A DNA stretch of 64,000 nucleotides from Squalus acanthias (taxonomy: Eukaryota), in contig CM059431.1 of NCBI GenBank assembly GCA_030390025.1, positions 131,876,001 through 131,940,000 on the forward strand. The letters are read 5' to 3'. Positions within the stretch are counted from its first letter, which is position 1; the number at the start of each line of letters is the position of its first letter. The translations under genes and the position numbers were made by a program. The notes beneath the pieces are model-generated. The model was given only the letters and a program-made list of their open reading frames with translations. It was not told the DNA's origin and searched no databases. Of the stretch, positions 25,499 through 37,923 are shown in pieces.

Positions 25499-28373
25499 CT
25501 GCCTTAGGTGCAGAGCCAGAATTGCATTGGTAACTGATTACTTTTGAAGGAACCAATTATTTTTCCCAAAGTTATTTCTTTACTATTGTACATATGTAAA
25601 TACCTGAGGTGCCCTGGTATGAGTTATTTTACCTGTGTTCTCCAGCTTCAGGCTTAATACAATGTGCACTATATTAATGCAGCAAATGCAAACTGTGGTG
25701 GAGGTGACAGCGGAGGAGAGGGAGAGACACTAAGAGGTTGCATCTTGTATCAGTGCACTGCTGATTAATCCAGTACGCAGTCTGGGTGATACTGTGCCCA
25801 GCCAGCATACTTTCCAACTTCGGGCTGACAGTCTCTTCCAGATTGTGGTTGTTGAACTGCAGCAGGATCTTGGTAGTTGTGCACTCTGCCACTGCTCCTT
25901 TGAAAATTCTTCCTGCAATAGACCTTCGGGTAGAAATTCAAGGGACATGTAACTGCCGCCCACCATTTTGACTCTTCCGTGACCTCACCCAAATGCCGGG
26001 GACAGGGCCATCACCACATTAAGGGCAGGCACCCACCGTACTCACAGGGATCACAGGGATAGTGGGATCCCTTGAAAATTATCCTGTACAATTGAGACAT
26101 ACCACCACAAAAATGATACTTGAGAAGTCTGCCCCTGATTGTAAGTTACAATTTACTCGGATATCGCTGATTGCTAATAGATTCCTCTTGAAGGAACCAG
26201 TTACATTCCCAAATTCATTCCTTGTCTGGAATTTGCATTTAAATTTTATTACCTTTGAATCTCTTGATCAAATAAGTGTATCATAATACATATCATAAAT
26301 AATAACAAATGCATCTGAATACATTTCAAAGCAATAAGACACTTCATAAGGTAAGATAAACTGCTTTGTGTTTCATAATGTAAGCTAAACCTCCAGATGT
26401 ATTGCTGCCTTGTAATGTACCCCCTGCTGTCTACTGTCCTACATAACTACATGTTGAAAGAGATTCATGGTGCAGTGAGGATTCCTTGTTATCATTTGGG
26501 TTTCTGCTTATTCTACTCTTCTAGCTCATTTTGACTCATTACCTTGAGTACTTTGCTTGCTGCTGGGTTTCAGTAATGTTACCTGTTTCGTTTGTCTATT
26601 GTAGTTGTCTCCTGCTGTACTTACTATTCCTATGTGATAAAGTATTCATTTCTTTTGTTTTCAATTTTGAGTGATTTTTATTTTTGCTCTTCCAGCTGAG
26701 GGATGGATAAAAGTGCTGGGGAATTATTTTTTACCCCCACATTTTGTGCCCAATCTCAGCATCAAGCATTCCCAAGTCAAGTATAACGAGGGTTATTTTC
26801 CCAGTGAAGCTCCCTGTATGCCAAATGCCTGAACCCAACCTCAGAATGTTTCACTTACTGCACCATACCTGAATTATTAGTGTTCTGCAGAGTGAACCAT
26901 ACTCATTAGAAGATCAAAAGCTGCGAACCTGGAAATCTGAAATGATGGCTGTCAACATCTGAAATTCATGGTTTTTTTTTACTTTTCAGTTGCTGACAGA
27001 TCTACTGTGTATTTCCAAAATGTCTGTTTTATTTTATGACCACTTGGAGCTGGTTTGCGGCTGCCCAGACTCAGTGGACACTTCAGCGCTCCTGGGGCAC
27101 GCTGCGGACATTCAATGGGAAATTTCACATGTCCAGGTCATGATTGTATGATTATTAATTTTAATACTTCAAAAATCATACACTGCAGGCTGGGTTTTCC
27201 TGGTATGTATTTCTGGCATGTACCAGGAGTGTTGAAGCAGAAAATTTGGCCAGTATCCTTAACAGCTAACAGAGAGGAAACCATGGGCAGAGCCACTGGG
27301 GGGTTGCGGGGTTCATGACCGCCACACCCCCCCCCCCCCCCCAAAATCACTTTGAGGTCAGTCAATTTTGCGCTAAATCGCGAATTATTGGGGGGAAGAC
27401 TTTCAGGTTGGGCACTGAACAGGCGCAATGCTGGCAGTGTGCCCACGGTGCCTGTCCAATGTCCGAGTCGGGAGGCCCAAACCATTTTCAGGTTTGGACT
27501 TCATTAACCTTTTTTTGGTGAGCCACGGGCACTAAATGGCACCCCGCTGCAGCTTGCCAGTCTGTTCAGGAGCAAAAACGATTGGCTACTGTGCACAGCC
27601 AGCCAGCAGATAAGGGGATTCTGGGGGTGGGGGGGTAGGGGGGTGGGATGTGGCAACGGGCAGGCAACGCGTCTGCATTCAGCCAAGTCAGCAAAATCTG
27701 GACTTTGACCCCTTGCCGTTTAACTTTAGCTCCGCCCCTAAGGACACTTTCAACACATTTGGGTTGGATTGTAAGCAGGTCTCAGATATAAAAGGCCAAT
27801 GTTCTAACTCACTGTACTACCCACTCTCACTCATTTCTGATGGATTGCCTTTGTTATTGACTTTTGTTACAAATTTGGGTCAGCTGTCGATACCTTCTCG
27901 AGCTCAGTGGCGTCAGTCGCTCCTGTGAACAGTCTGAGCATCTTACGTTTAAAGGAGTTTACTCACACTGCTCTATATCTACTTGCACAGAAGCCTAACC
28001 GGGGATGTAATAATTGCACTCGCTAGTGAGCTGAACCGGATATTCATGTCTTTCGCACGTGTACTTCTTCAATCCCTCTGAAGATAGACTGAGCAACACT
28101 TGATGAGCTGAGATCAGATATGAATCATTAAGCTGCTGTAATTCACGGTAAAGTGAACGTACAGAACAAAGTTATGATCAGACTCAATTCAATCAGTAGG
28201 ACTTATATTCATGTAATAATACAAAATAAAGGATATGCCACACTTCCCCACATAAGTGGGTCATCTTACTTAAACAAGGTGTCTTCTAGCTGTCCTCCAG
28301 CATTTCTAACTTCTTAGTCTTGGTAAAAACCCTTTCATTTTACTTTAAACCCCTGACTGATTTTTGTGTCTTT

Positions 28374-29275
28374 GGGGTGAATTTTAACTCCCAAAAAAGG
28401 GCGAGTTGGGGTCGTGTCAAAGGTTAAAATGCAAAAAATCGGGAACAGGAACCGAACCCGCCTTGAACCAGCCCACTTTCGGTTTTAATGGAGGTGGGAT
28501 GAGGGGCGGGTGACCAATCTGCACATGGGAAGCAGGTTGGTCATTTAAATATTATAATGAGGCTGCTTGCCTTCATTTTAACAGTCATTCTATTTTAACC
28601 ACAGACTGCTGGGTTACCCAGGCCTCGGGAAACCCAGCAACTGAAAGCAGACGAGAAGGCTGAATCCATGAGGTAAGTGCCTTTACAGCACTGCTTGTGG
28701 GCCAAGAGGAGCAGGAGTGCACCTTCTAGGCCCAACAAGCTTACCAGTAAACTCCTCCTCCACCCCCCACGATCTGTCTGCTCTCCCCGACCACCATCGG
28801 AACCCCACGATCACCATCGGACACCCTCACCCTCGCGATCAGGAACCCCCGACTACCACCGGAACCCCCACCCAGCGATCTGGACCCCTCCGACCACCAT
28901 CAAACTCCGCCGCCATCAGGACGCCCCCCGTAATCTGGAAACCCCCCCCCCCTGCGATCAGGACCACCCGCGATCCGAACCCCCCCCCCCACCCCCCTCC
29001 CACAATCAGGACCTACCCACGGTCTCTCACTCCCCCATTACATCTACCTGCTCCCGTAGGCTTCGGCTTTGTGAAACAGGCTTCCCGCCTAAAAGGCCTC
29101 CAGCCTGTCATTCAGGCTGCCTGTGGCGGGAACCCCATAGAAAAAAAACTTTAAAGGAGCCCTGCAGTTAAAAACTGCAGGAGATTTAGGAAACACGTTC
29201 TTCCGGGTTTCCTGAACTCACAACAGCCCACCCCCGCCCCACACGGAACTCGCCACCAGGCTAAAATACAGACCT
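28374..29275 (+). mobile_element. Non-autonomous DNA element (Harbinger-like ends) with C-rich core
   Basis: Ends ggggtgaattttaa / ctaaaatacagacc; core shared with 31494-31945 (+) and 54577-55310 (-). Confidence 0.7.
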
Positions 29276-30491
29276 TTGTCTCTCTTCCTCTGTTCATAGT
29301 TAGAAGGGAAGGCCTGCCAGATCCCCAGCCAAATGCCTTCCCAACACAATGGACGTGACGTGTTTGTCATTTACTGAGACAATCTAGCAAACTGTCTATG
29401 GGGAAACATAAAAGCAAAATCATTAGCATCTTTACTAGCTATTATCTCAGTGCTTTGTTTTTTAACTTGCATGAATATATTATGGTTTAAAGCACAACAT
29501 GTCCAAGACGTCTCTATGGAAAAATGGTGAAAAAAATCCCAAAACATGATAGTTCCATTGTTGGCATTGTTTGGGTAACTCGTCCTCATGGGGTTCAATT
29601 GTATGCTGTCTGTTGATCATGCTGATCGTTGGGAATTGGCAAGAAAGATGTCCTCAAATTAGTATGAAAATAAACCTCCCACCTAGTTCAAGTTGTTTTT
29701 ACAGTGCATGTTTTCCAGCATGTTACTGGAAATGCATGTGATGTGCAAACTGGGTGGTGGTATGGTGCAACAGATACACTCACTTTCCCCACGACCGGTG
29801 GGCACCGGAGGGACTGGAGTGCATCATCACCCCCGGCAACCAAATTTTAATTTATTAAGTTTCCTTTAATGTTTTAAGCTAAGTTACAGTTCATTTGTTT
29901 ATTGTGTGCATCAAAAGAGTACACCCACTTTCCCAGTTAGTTCTGCCCAATTTATGCCCATAAAACAGGTAGTCCACAATTGGTAAATCAAGGCTAATGT
30001 GTCTTATTCTGCCTCCATCATTGACACCACCTGATGTTTGTAGCAAGCTGTTATAGAGGAGAGAAGATCCAGTTTTAATTTGAGGCCTGACATACCTGTA
30101 TAAAAATCCTGGGGTAGATTTACCTCCTGGGTGTTAATCTGAGATAACAGATTGCACGCCCTTTGTAGAAACCAATGGAATGAAAGTCAGGTGGCTCCCA
30201 GAGAGGATGGTTGATCTGCCCCACCATGATACAGACTGGGACCACCAGTAAAGCTGAAATTGTCAAAGCGATGGAGGAAGAGTCACAGATGTAGTTGGAT
30301 AGGGACTGCACAAAGGAAAAAAATACAATCAAAATAGGGGTAACTTAGTGAGACAGGATCAAGCTGAAGCAGTGGGGGTAATTTTGACTTTAGATGGTAG
30401 TGTAAAACGGGCGATATTGGCTCGGCCACCCATTAAACACCTCCTGTTTTTTATTTCCATTGGTAACTAAAATGGGGAGAGGTGTTTAACG

Positions 30492-31283
30492 TAGAATGAC
30501 TATACGTCCCCGTTTTCCGGGGACAGTCCCCGGAATTAGGTACTGTGTTCCTGGGCAAACAACATCCTCGGAAGAGTCCCCGGTTCAGAAACTCGCCCCC
30601 GAATAGAGCCATATTCATTGATCCACTGGTTGGCAGGAGTTGGATTTTAACTTTATTTTTGGATAAAATGAAAAAATTCAATCTTTATTTTTTAAACACG
30701 AATGTACAGAAACCCCGGGGGAGCTTCTCATCCTGTTCATGCCCGGTTTGAGCTCAGGAACAGATTCTAGGAGCCGTCGACGGCAGCCCCGCCTTCCCAC
30801 AATGCAGCGCGGCCCCATCGATAGCTCGGGCCGCACTGCACCCTGGGGGGATTGAGTCACCTGACCTCGTATTTCTACCAATAGTGACTGGCCGGAGGGC
30901 GAACCTTTAAAATGCGTGGGAGAAGCCGAGGGTATGGTGAGAGCTGGTGGGTGAGTTATTTTACTTCATCTCAGAAATCAGCATGGTGCATCATGCTTTT
31001 TTTAAGCAAAAAGGCAAGCTCTAAATCCTGAACGTTTCTGAAACCTTCTGAGACAGAGGGTGTTTCGCACCTTATATGGAAAATCTCAGTCTGTTTGGAA
31101 CAGATTTAAAAATGAGAAATTAAAAGTTAGGGTATGCGGGGAGTAGTATAGATGGTACAGCACTATTGCCAGAACACACGCAAGATTCGAGATTCGGTGT
31201 AAAGTGAAAATGGTGTTGTCGCTACGTGTATTCCACTAGCAGAAGCAACAAATCCATCATGCCGGTTTTCTTGAAACGTGTCG

Positions 31284-31318
<35 letters not shown>

Positions 31319-31349
31319 TGGATTTGGTTTAGAAAATATGTTCACCCTA
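30492..31349 (+). mobile_element. Non-autonomous hAT element (Blackjack-like TIR)
   Basis: 8-bp TSD GTTTAACG (30484-91, 31350-57); ends tagaatgactata / tatgttcacccta resemble TAGGGTGACCATA. Confidence 0.85.
30780..30956 (+). promoter_or_regulatory. Promoter-like cassette and first-exon splice donor inside the hAT element
   Basis: ZNF143/Staf-like TTCCCACAATGCAGCGCG 30794-811; TGAGTCA 30853; TGACCT 30862; CCAAT 30878; TTTAAAA 30906; GG|GTGAGT 30951. Confidence 0.55.
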
Positions 31350-31493
31350 GTTTAACGGGTGGCCGATCTGATATTGCGTGTTTTACACTGTTGTCAAAAG
31401 TCAAAATTACCCCCAGTCAGCGTATTGGGACAATCCTGTTTGTGTATCTTGGAGAGAGGGGAGAAACGAGCTGTACAAGGTTGGGAAACTATG

Positions 31494-31945
31494 GCCTCGA
31501 TATTAATCCCCCCACGATGGACGAGAGAAGGTCGAGGGGTTTATACCCTAAAAAACGGGGAACCCGGGTGTATGCGCCTGTTGCCATTTTAACGGTGGTG
31601 GGTTGCGATTCATGCCTGTTTCTAATCTTGGAGAGGCCAGACACTTCATTAATATATTTAAATCAGGCACCCACAGTGCAATTGGGAGCCTGATTGAAAT
31701 TTAACTGCTGCTGGCCAGGTTTCCCAGGGCTCAGGAAACCCGGCAGGCAAATGGAATCAAGGGCTGTCGGCTCCAGAAGGTAAGTGCTTTTTATACTCTC
31801 CTTGTGGGCCAGGAGGTGCAGGAGTGCTCCCGCTGATCCCTCAAGCAAACCTTCGGCCTCCCTTCTGCCAATCGCAGCGTCTCTCTTCCCCCCCCCCCCC
31901 CCCCCGCCATGATTGGCGACCTCCCCTGCCTTCCAACCCCCGATG
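31494..31945 (+). mobile_element. Partial non-autonomous DNA element of the 28374-29275 family
   Basis: Shared core tttcccagggctcaggaaacccggc..aggtaagtg..cttgtgggccaggagg. Confidence 0.65.
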
Positions 31946-33500
31946 ATTTGGTGTATGGTAGTGGGGTCATTGTCTAGAGGCAGATAGGAGGAGTCGCCAG
32001 ACATAGCATATGGCCTCAGCCAGGAGAGGTCCTTCTGCCATATGACAACAGCCACCCCTTTGCCAGTAGGCTTGATGATAGAAATTAGAGAACGGAGCAC
32101 TGAAAGTTCAGAAGGAGATAGATTAGAGCAAGTAAGGGGAGTAGAAATGGCATAATTGTAGCGGCAATATTGATAATAAGATCGAGAGAAGAGAAGATAC
32201 TGAGGGGACAGACTCCAGGATCGTAGGAAAGTTTAGGGATGGAAGAAGAGATTATATTCATGGAAAGGGTGGAAAAGAAGGCACAGTGGTGAAGGCTGTG
32301 GAAGAAGACCTCAGTGTTAATTCAATTTTGGGATTTGTTGTGGTGGGGGCATGGGGTTTTGAAACTAAGGCACTTGCTAACAACAGATTGTCCAGAGTCA
32401 GAAAGCGAAAGGTCAGAGTAGATGGTGAAAATCTAGCAAGAGGTGAAGTTAGGAGAGATAGCATCAGAAGAAAGTGAAGGGGCAGAGGTGATTGGCTGTC
32501 TGGCAGGCAAAAGTTGTTTGAACTTCTGGACTTTGCTACCCGAAAGAGAGAAAAACAATGGGCCGAAAATTGATCCCGGGACGCGAGACTCTCGCGTATT
32601 CCCACTCCAATTGCCGGTTTTCTGCATGCCCTGCGCATGCGCTGAAAACCGGCAATTGCTCTTCTGAAAAGGGGGCGGGTCCTGGGTGCATCGCGTGCGC
32701 GCTACAGGCTGCGCGCACGCTGTGCACTTCATGCTTTGGACGCGCAGGTAAGTAGGGAAGATTTTGGAAATGTAAAAAGGAGTAAGACCCGCTTTTAAGA
32801 AGGTAAGTAGTGAATTAAGTATTTTTTTGAATTTTTTTTTACAGGTATATCTTTTTTAGAGACTTTAAAGACAGGTAAGTTTATTTTTATAACTTTTTTA
32901 AAGATTTTAAATTTTTTCAAAAATTTAATTTTTTATTTAAAATGGTTAATTTAATTAACTATACTTATTTTATTAATGTGGTGGGTTTTTTTTTAATTTA
33001 ATTGAGGTTTAGCTGTTATTTTGGGGGGGTGTAAGATTCATAGATTTCACAGGGTGCTGTGAAACTTATGAATGGAAGATGGTGTGCTGCCATTGGCTCT
33101 AACTGAGTCACGTGATCCCACAGCTCGCACGAATTCACTACGCCGCTGGGATACGCAAGCACTGCCCAGCTGATCTCTAGAACATGAAGTTCGTGCGAGC
33201 TGGATCTGAAAAAGCACAAGCGAGGTGAGAGATCGCGGGGAAGCCTTACCCCCGCGGGAACAGAGCGAGATCAATTTCTGGGCCATTGTTTAGTGTTGAA
33301 CTGCCAAATGAGATGAAGGTCGAACTAAGGACAAAGAAAGCTACAGTATAGATTGAGCTGATGTTGCCGAAGACAAAGGTTGAGAATGTACATGTGGCGG
33401 CAAATAGTAGACAGGGTGGCTTCATGCAATGTTTCCCTAATTTATTTTTTGAGCGGTCAGTATGATTCAGGCTGCGCGGGACCGGCAGAGAGCTGTGTGG
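31946..33500 (-). mobile_element. Degraded Penelope-like RT-region fragment, interrupted by MITE 32560-33284
   Basis: IIKPTGKGVAVVIW..SSYLPLDNDPT resembles the Penelope IKPADKG..SY..L..DPT motif. Confidence 0.7.
32560..33284 (+). mobile_element. Harbinger-type MITE with AT-rich core, second copy
   Basis: TIR gggccgaaaattgatc / gatcaatttctgggcc; flanks AAT/ATT; reverse complement of 9656-10401. Confidence 0.88.
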
Positions 33501-34089
33501 CCATTTAGAGGGAACGTTGAACCCATCCATTACAACAGTGACTACACTCCAAAAGTACTTCATTGGCTGTAAAGTGCTTTGAGACGTCCGGTGAAAGGCG
33601 CTATAGAAATCCAAGTCTTTCTTTCCTTATGTATTGCCAAGTGCAGAATTTAGGGTTTTTGCAAATATGCAATCCATATATGTCTATTATTTGAACCAGT
33701 TTCTGAGCAAGTATCAGTAGGATTGGAAATAAATTCAGTGGTGATTTCTCGGGAAATGCTAGACAGAAGAGGTGCTGCCTATAATGTACAATATTGGAAT
33801 GAAATGAGAAGCAATTGGATACAGTGCTTTTTGAAGAGATTTTACCCTTACAGGCATCAGTAAATATGCCACCAATCCAGCAACACGGCAGATGGCTATG
33901 TAACTCTCGGGAGGCATACTAGAAGAGGGAGAAACATGAGTGATTCATTTTCCAGACGGTCAGTATGATTATCTGGTGATCTGACTGAAACCAAAACAAT
34001 TTATAATAGATCCTTTAGATTAGAGCATGTAATAGCTGCAGCAGTGATAACGCTACAGCTCTGATAACTCAGTGAGTGTGGGTGGCACA

Positions 34090-36105
34090 TAAGAAAGACT
34101 TGTATTTATAACGCGCCTTTCATGACCTCAGGACGTTCCAAAGCGCTTTATAGCCAATGAAGTACTTTTTACAAATGTAGTTACTGTTAAACATGGCAGA
34201 AAAATTTGCATAGAGCAAGATCCCACAAACAGCAATGTCATAATGACTAGATAATCTGTTTTAGTGATGTTGGTTGAGGGATAAATATAGAATCAGAATG
34301 GTTACAGCACAGAAGGAGGCCATTCAGCCCTGAAGGGATTTTTACTAGTCCTAGTCCCTTTAGGGCTACCCCGGATCAGGCGTATTTCTCAGATGTTCAA
34401 CTTTCAACTAAAGTTTGAGGTAGCCGAATCCTAAAGACGCTTAATTAGGGTCTAAAGGTCCGGGCTATCTCTCCCTAAAGGAAAGGAACAACCCGAGAAT
34501 GTTACCGTCCTCCAGATAGCGCTTTTAATAAGTTTAGCTAGACTGTAACGTCCCGGATATTATGAGGGTCCGGAAAACTCCCTCAGAATTCTGCAACTCC
34601 TCTCCAAAGAGTGTACAGAGATTGAGTTTGTGAGTTTTTGATACAGAAGTCTTATGTGAGACAATTCTAAAAATATAGATTTATTAAAGAACCGACATGC
34701 AATTTACAGTTGGTGAATCGGTCAATCGCAACATTAACCGTTCTAAAAAGAGAAAAAATGCTATCTTATTATTAACAGAGAATCTTACTTTTAAATCTTA
34801 ACTTCGCTACAGTAATATAGTTCTTAAAGTTCTCTATACAGGATATCCATCAATATCAAATACCTTTGATCCCCGAGGTACAAAGAGTGGTAGACTACAG
34901 AACCGCCTCTGAAGCCGAGAATCGCTTTGCCCGACTAAAGCGAGTCTGTTATCCCATTTGAGAGTTCAATATTTATACCCTTTTCCAGTGGTATTTCCTT
35001 TAAGGTTTTCTGCTGATGCAAGTTAATTATCTCTAGTCATTTTTCTGCCGACCTCTGCAACTCTTACTGCCACCTCAGCCAGAATCTTGTCTCATCGCTA
35101 GGTGCTCTAAGTTTACCATATAAAAACGGTGTGATGGCAGGTGCTCCTTACTTTATGTCATCTTTACGAGGGCAGATGTTCCTTATCTTATGTGCTAACT
35201 TTACGAAGTTTAAATTAGAACACCTTATCCAGGGCGAACCATTGTTTTGTTCCCAAAAGGTCAGCCTGTTGGAGCCCTTCACCTTCTGTTTCAATAAGGT
35301 TATTTATTCAGGGTCAACAACTATCTTATCCCAATAGCCAGAATGCTTTCATAGCTATTTCATAGTTCGGTTTCTAAATTTCCAAACCCAGTTTGTCATG
35401 TTTTAATAAGGCCAGAATTCTTTCATAAGATAGTGTATTTTTCTGAATAGGTTATATGGCTTATTCCTTCACAGCCCGTCGAGCCCGTGCCAGCTCTCTG
35501 CAAGAGCACTTCAGCTAGTCCCACTCCCCCGCCCTTTCCCCGTAGCCCTGCAAATTTTTTTCTTTCAGATACTTATCCAATTGCATTTTGAAAGCCACGA
35601 TTAAATCCACCTCCACCACCCTTTCAGGCAGTGCATTCCAGATCATAAACATTCGCTGCGTAAAAAAGGTTTTCCTCGTGTCGCCTTTGGTTCTTCTGCC
35701 AATCACCTTAAATTTGTGTCCTCTGGTTCTTGACCCTTCTGCCAATGGGAACAGTTTCTCTCTATCTGCTCTGTCTAGACCCCCTCATGATTTTGAACAC
35801 CTCTATCAAATCTCCTCTCAATCTTCTCTGCTCTAACGAGAACAACCCCAACTTCTCCAGTCTATCCACTTTATATTGGCCAGGAAACCGGGGAGTACGC
35901 CCTGCTCTTTGAAATAAAGCCATAAGGTCTTTTATGTCCTTCTGAGAAGGTCTCGGTTTGACGTCTTATCTGAAAGATGGCACTGACCTCGGTACTGCAC
36001 TGGAGTGTCAGCCTAGCTTATATGCTCAAAGCTCTGGAGTGGAACTTGAACCCACAGCTTTTTGACTCAGAGGTGGGAGTGTTACTACTGAGCCACGGCA
36101 GCACA
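34090..36105 (-). mobile_element. DeuSINE (34090-34287 and 35870-36105), split by a CR1 3' fragment (34288-35868) that is itself split by a solo LTR
   Basis: Reverse complement of the SINE at 13875-14250 plus a tRNA-like head near 36040-36100; CR1 peptide SRTRGHKFK..FFTQR..IWNALP (35515-35745). Confidence 0.82.
34331..35473 (-). mobile_element. Complete 1143-bp solo LTR (copy 2)
   Basis: Minus strand TGTGAAGG...CCCTTCA; TSD GCCC (34327-30, 35474-77); TATAAA 34977-72; AATAAA 34685-80. Confidence 0.87.
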
Positions 36106-36414
36106 TGGTGATGATCTTGCTCTGTTTTCTTTGTACATTTTTACGCATACACGAACATGTTTTGAGGCATAACAATGAACTGCATCTGAACTACAGCTGC
36201 AGTCTTTGTTATACTTTCATACACGAGTTAACAGCAGAAAACAAGATGTGTCCAACACCCATTGAAAAGCCACATCTCATTGCTAAAAGCATGATTCATT
36301 GAAAAGAGTTCCATACCGAAAGCTCAGAAACAATCCAGTTACTTGTTTCTATTGCAGCAATTCATTGGGTCAGCCAGAAAATCACTCAACTATGTAATTC
36401 TCAGGAACATCCAC

Positions 36415-36638
36415 AATTTCTTCACTCAGAGGGTGGTGAACCTGTGGAATTCTCTACCACAGACAGCTGTTTAAGAAGGAGATAGATAGATTTCTAGACA
36501 CAAAAGGCATCAAGGGGTATGGGGAGAGAGCAGGAATATGGTATTGAGATAGAGGATCAGCCATGATCATATTGAATGGCGGAGCAGGCTCGAAGGGCCG
36601 AATGGCCTACTCCTGCTCCTATTTTTCTATGTTTCTAT
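36415..36638 (+). mobile_element. CR1 3' end fragment
   Basis: ttcttcactcagagggtggtgaacctgtggaattc..ggagcaggctcgaagggccgaatggcctactcctgctcc. Confidence 0.88.
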
Positions 36639-37662
36639 GGTTCATCAGAGAGAGGTTTATTTAGGAAGAACCATAAAATCCATTACATTAGTCAGAACCA
36701 TGTAAATTTCAGTTTTACAGATCTTTGTAACAGATATTCAGCCTTACATAGGTTTTGCTTGAAATCCATAGAATGTTTTAACCATTTGTAAACACAGAGA
36801 ATAGCATAAATCTAAGGTCTACCACAGTTTCAATTGATGGTGCAATCTGCCCAGTGTGATCCATTGAATCCAAACTGATTCATTTGCTATTACCGCACCT
36901 TAAAATGTTGATGTACTTGATCAAATGAGGGCCTCTCTCTGCCTGCATCTCTCACTGTTTTGGCTCATGCGTTGTATTTTGAATTTTTATCCTTAGAGGA
37001 ATTATCTGTCAGATTTGAACTTGGACTTGTTACAGCTCTATTCAGTTGAAGCATAATTTGTCCATAGTGTGTTTAAATTATATATGCTGAAGTGATTATT
37101 TCAACAAAGTGTGCGTAATATGCTGACACGTGTACTCAAATAGCAGATGTTCAAGTAATTTAACCAGGACAATCAAATAACACCATTAATTCCAATTTCC
37201 CTGATGCTGCCAGCAGTAAAGCTAATGTAGTGTGGTTTGTGGATTGGAACCCTCTGCTCACTGGCCTCAGCGGTCAACCCAGTGTAGCAATAACATTCCC
37301 TATACATCCCCCCATCACAGCTAGCAGGCTATAGAGGACCTCACGGGGATGTGATTTCATCTTTGCCAAAGCTTTTAAAATATTGTTTTATCATTAGCAC
37401 AGAAAAATAAAAGCAAGCCAACCAGGTAGCACCAATTCACGATTTGCCATTTGCTTCACTGAAAGATAAACACCATGACAGTCACAAAGGTCTTCCCCAT
37501 GTTCAGTTGTCAGCAAGAAGACACAATCTCCTAACCTATTTAAGTGGAAAGAAATGTAAGGCTGTGGTAAATGTCAACTGGATGATCTGTATGTTCCTGC
37601 AGACATAATAAATATTCAAACTGCACATCTATTTGAATGTTTCCATTTGTCTCATTGTTATA

Positions 37663-37923
37663 CAGTAAACTCTTGTTTAAGCGGCACTTAATCATCCGGA
37701 ATACTTTAATAACCGGCAAAATAGATAACCGGTAATCTTGCCGAATCCATCCAGCACTTGTTTTGCCGTGTCCGAGTCTCCCGCGGTGGCTGAGTTAGTC
37801 AGTGGCTTTTATTTTTGTTTGTGTTAAAAATTGCCTTGGTAGGTATACCTCTCTGTTATCAGAATTTTTCATCAACTGGCACCATCCTGGTCCCATAGGT
37901 GCCGGATAAGAAAGAGTTTACTG
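37663..37923. mobile_element. Tc1/mariner (pogo/Tigger-like) MITE
   Basis: 25-bp TIR CAGTAAACTCTTnnTTAnnCGGCAC; TA on both sides. Confidence 0.9.

Larger units (their letters stand above)
30374..31414. mobile_element. Short palindromic Harbinger-type MITE, split by a hAT insertion
   Basis: TIR gggggtaattttgacttt / aaagtcaaaattaccccc, extending ~60 bp imperfectly; TSD AGT (30371-73, 31415-17). Confidence 0.88.

Noticed and set aside
30780..30960. Promoter and first exon of a resident host gene
   Set aside because: Lies inside an insertion with an 8-bp TSD that splits a MITE, so it is TE-borne
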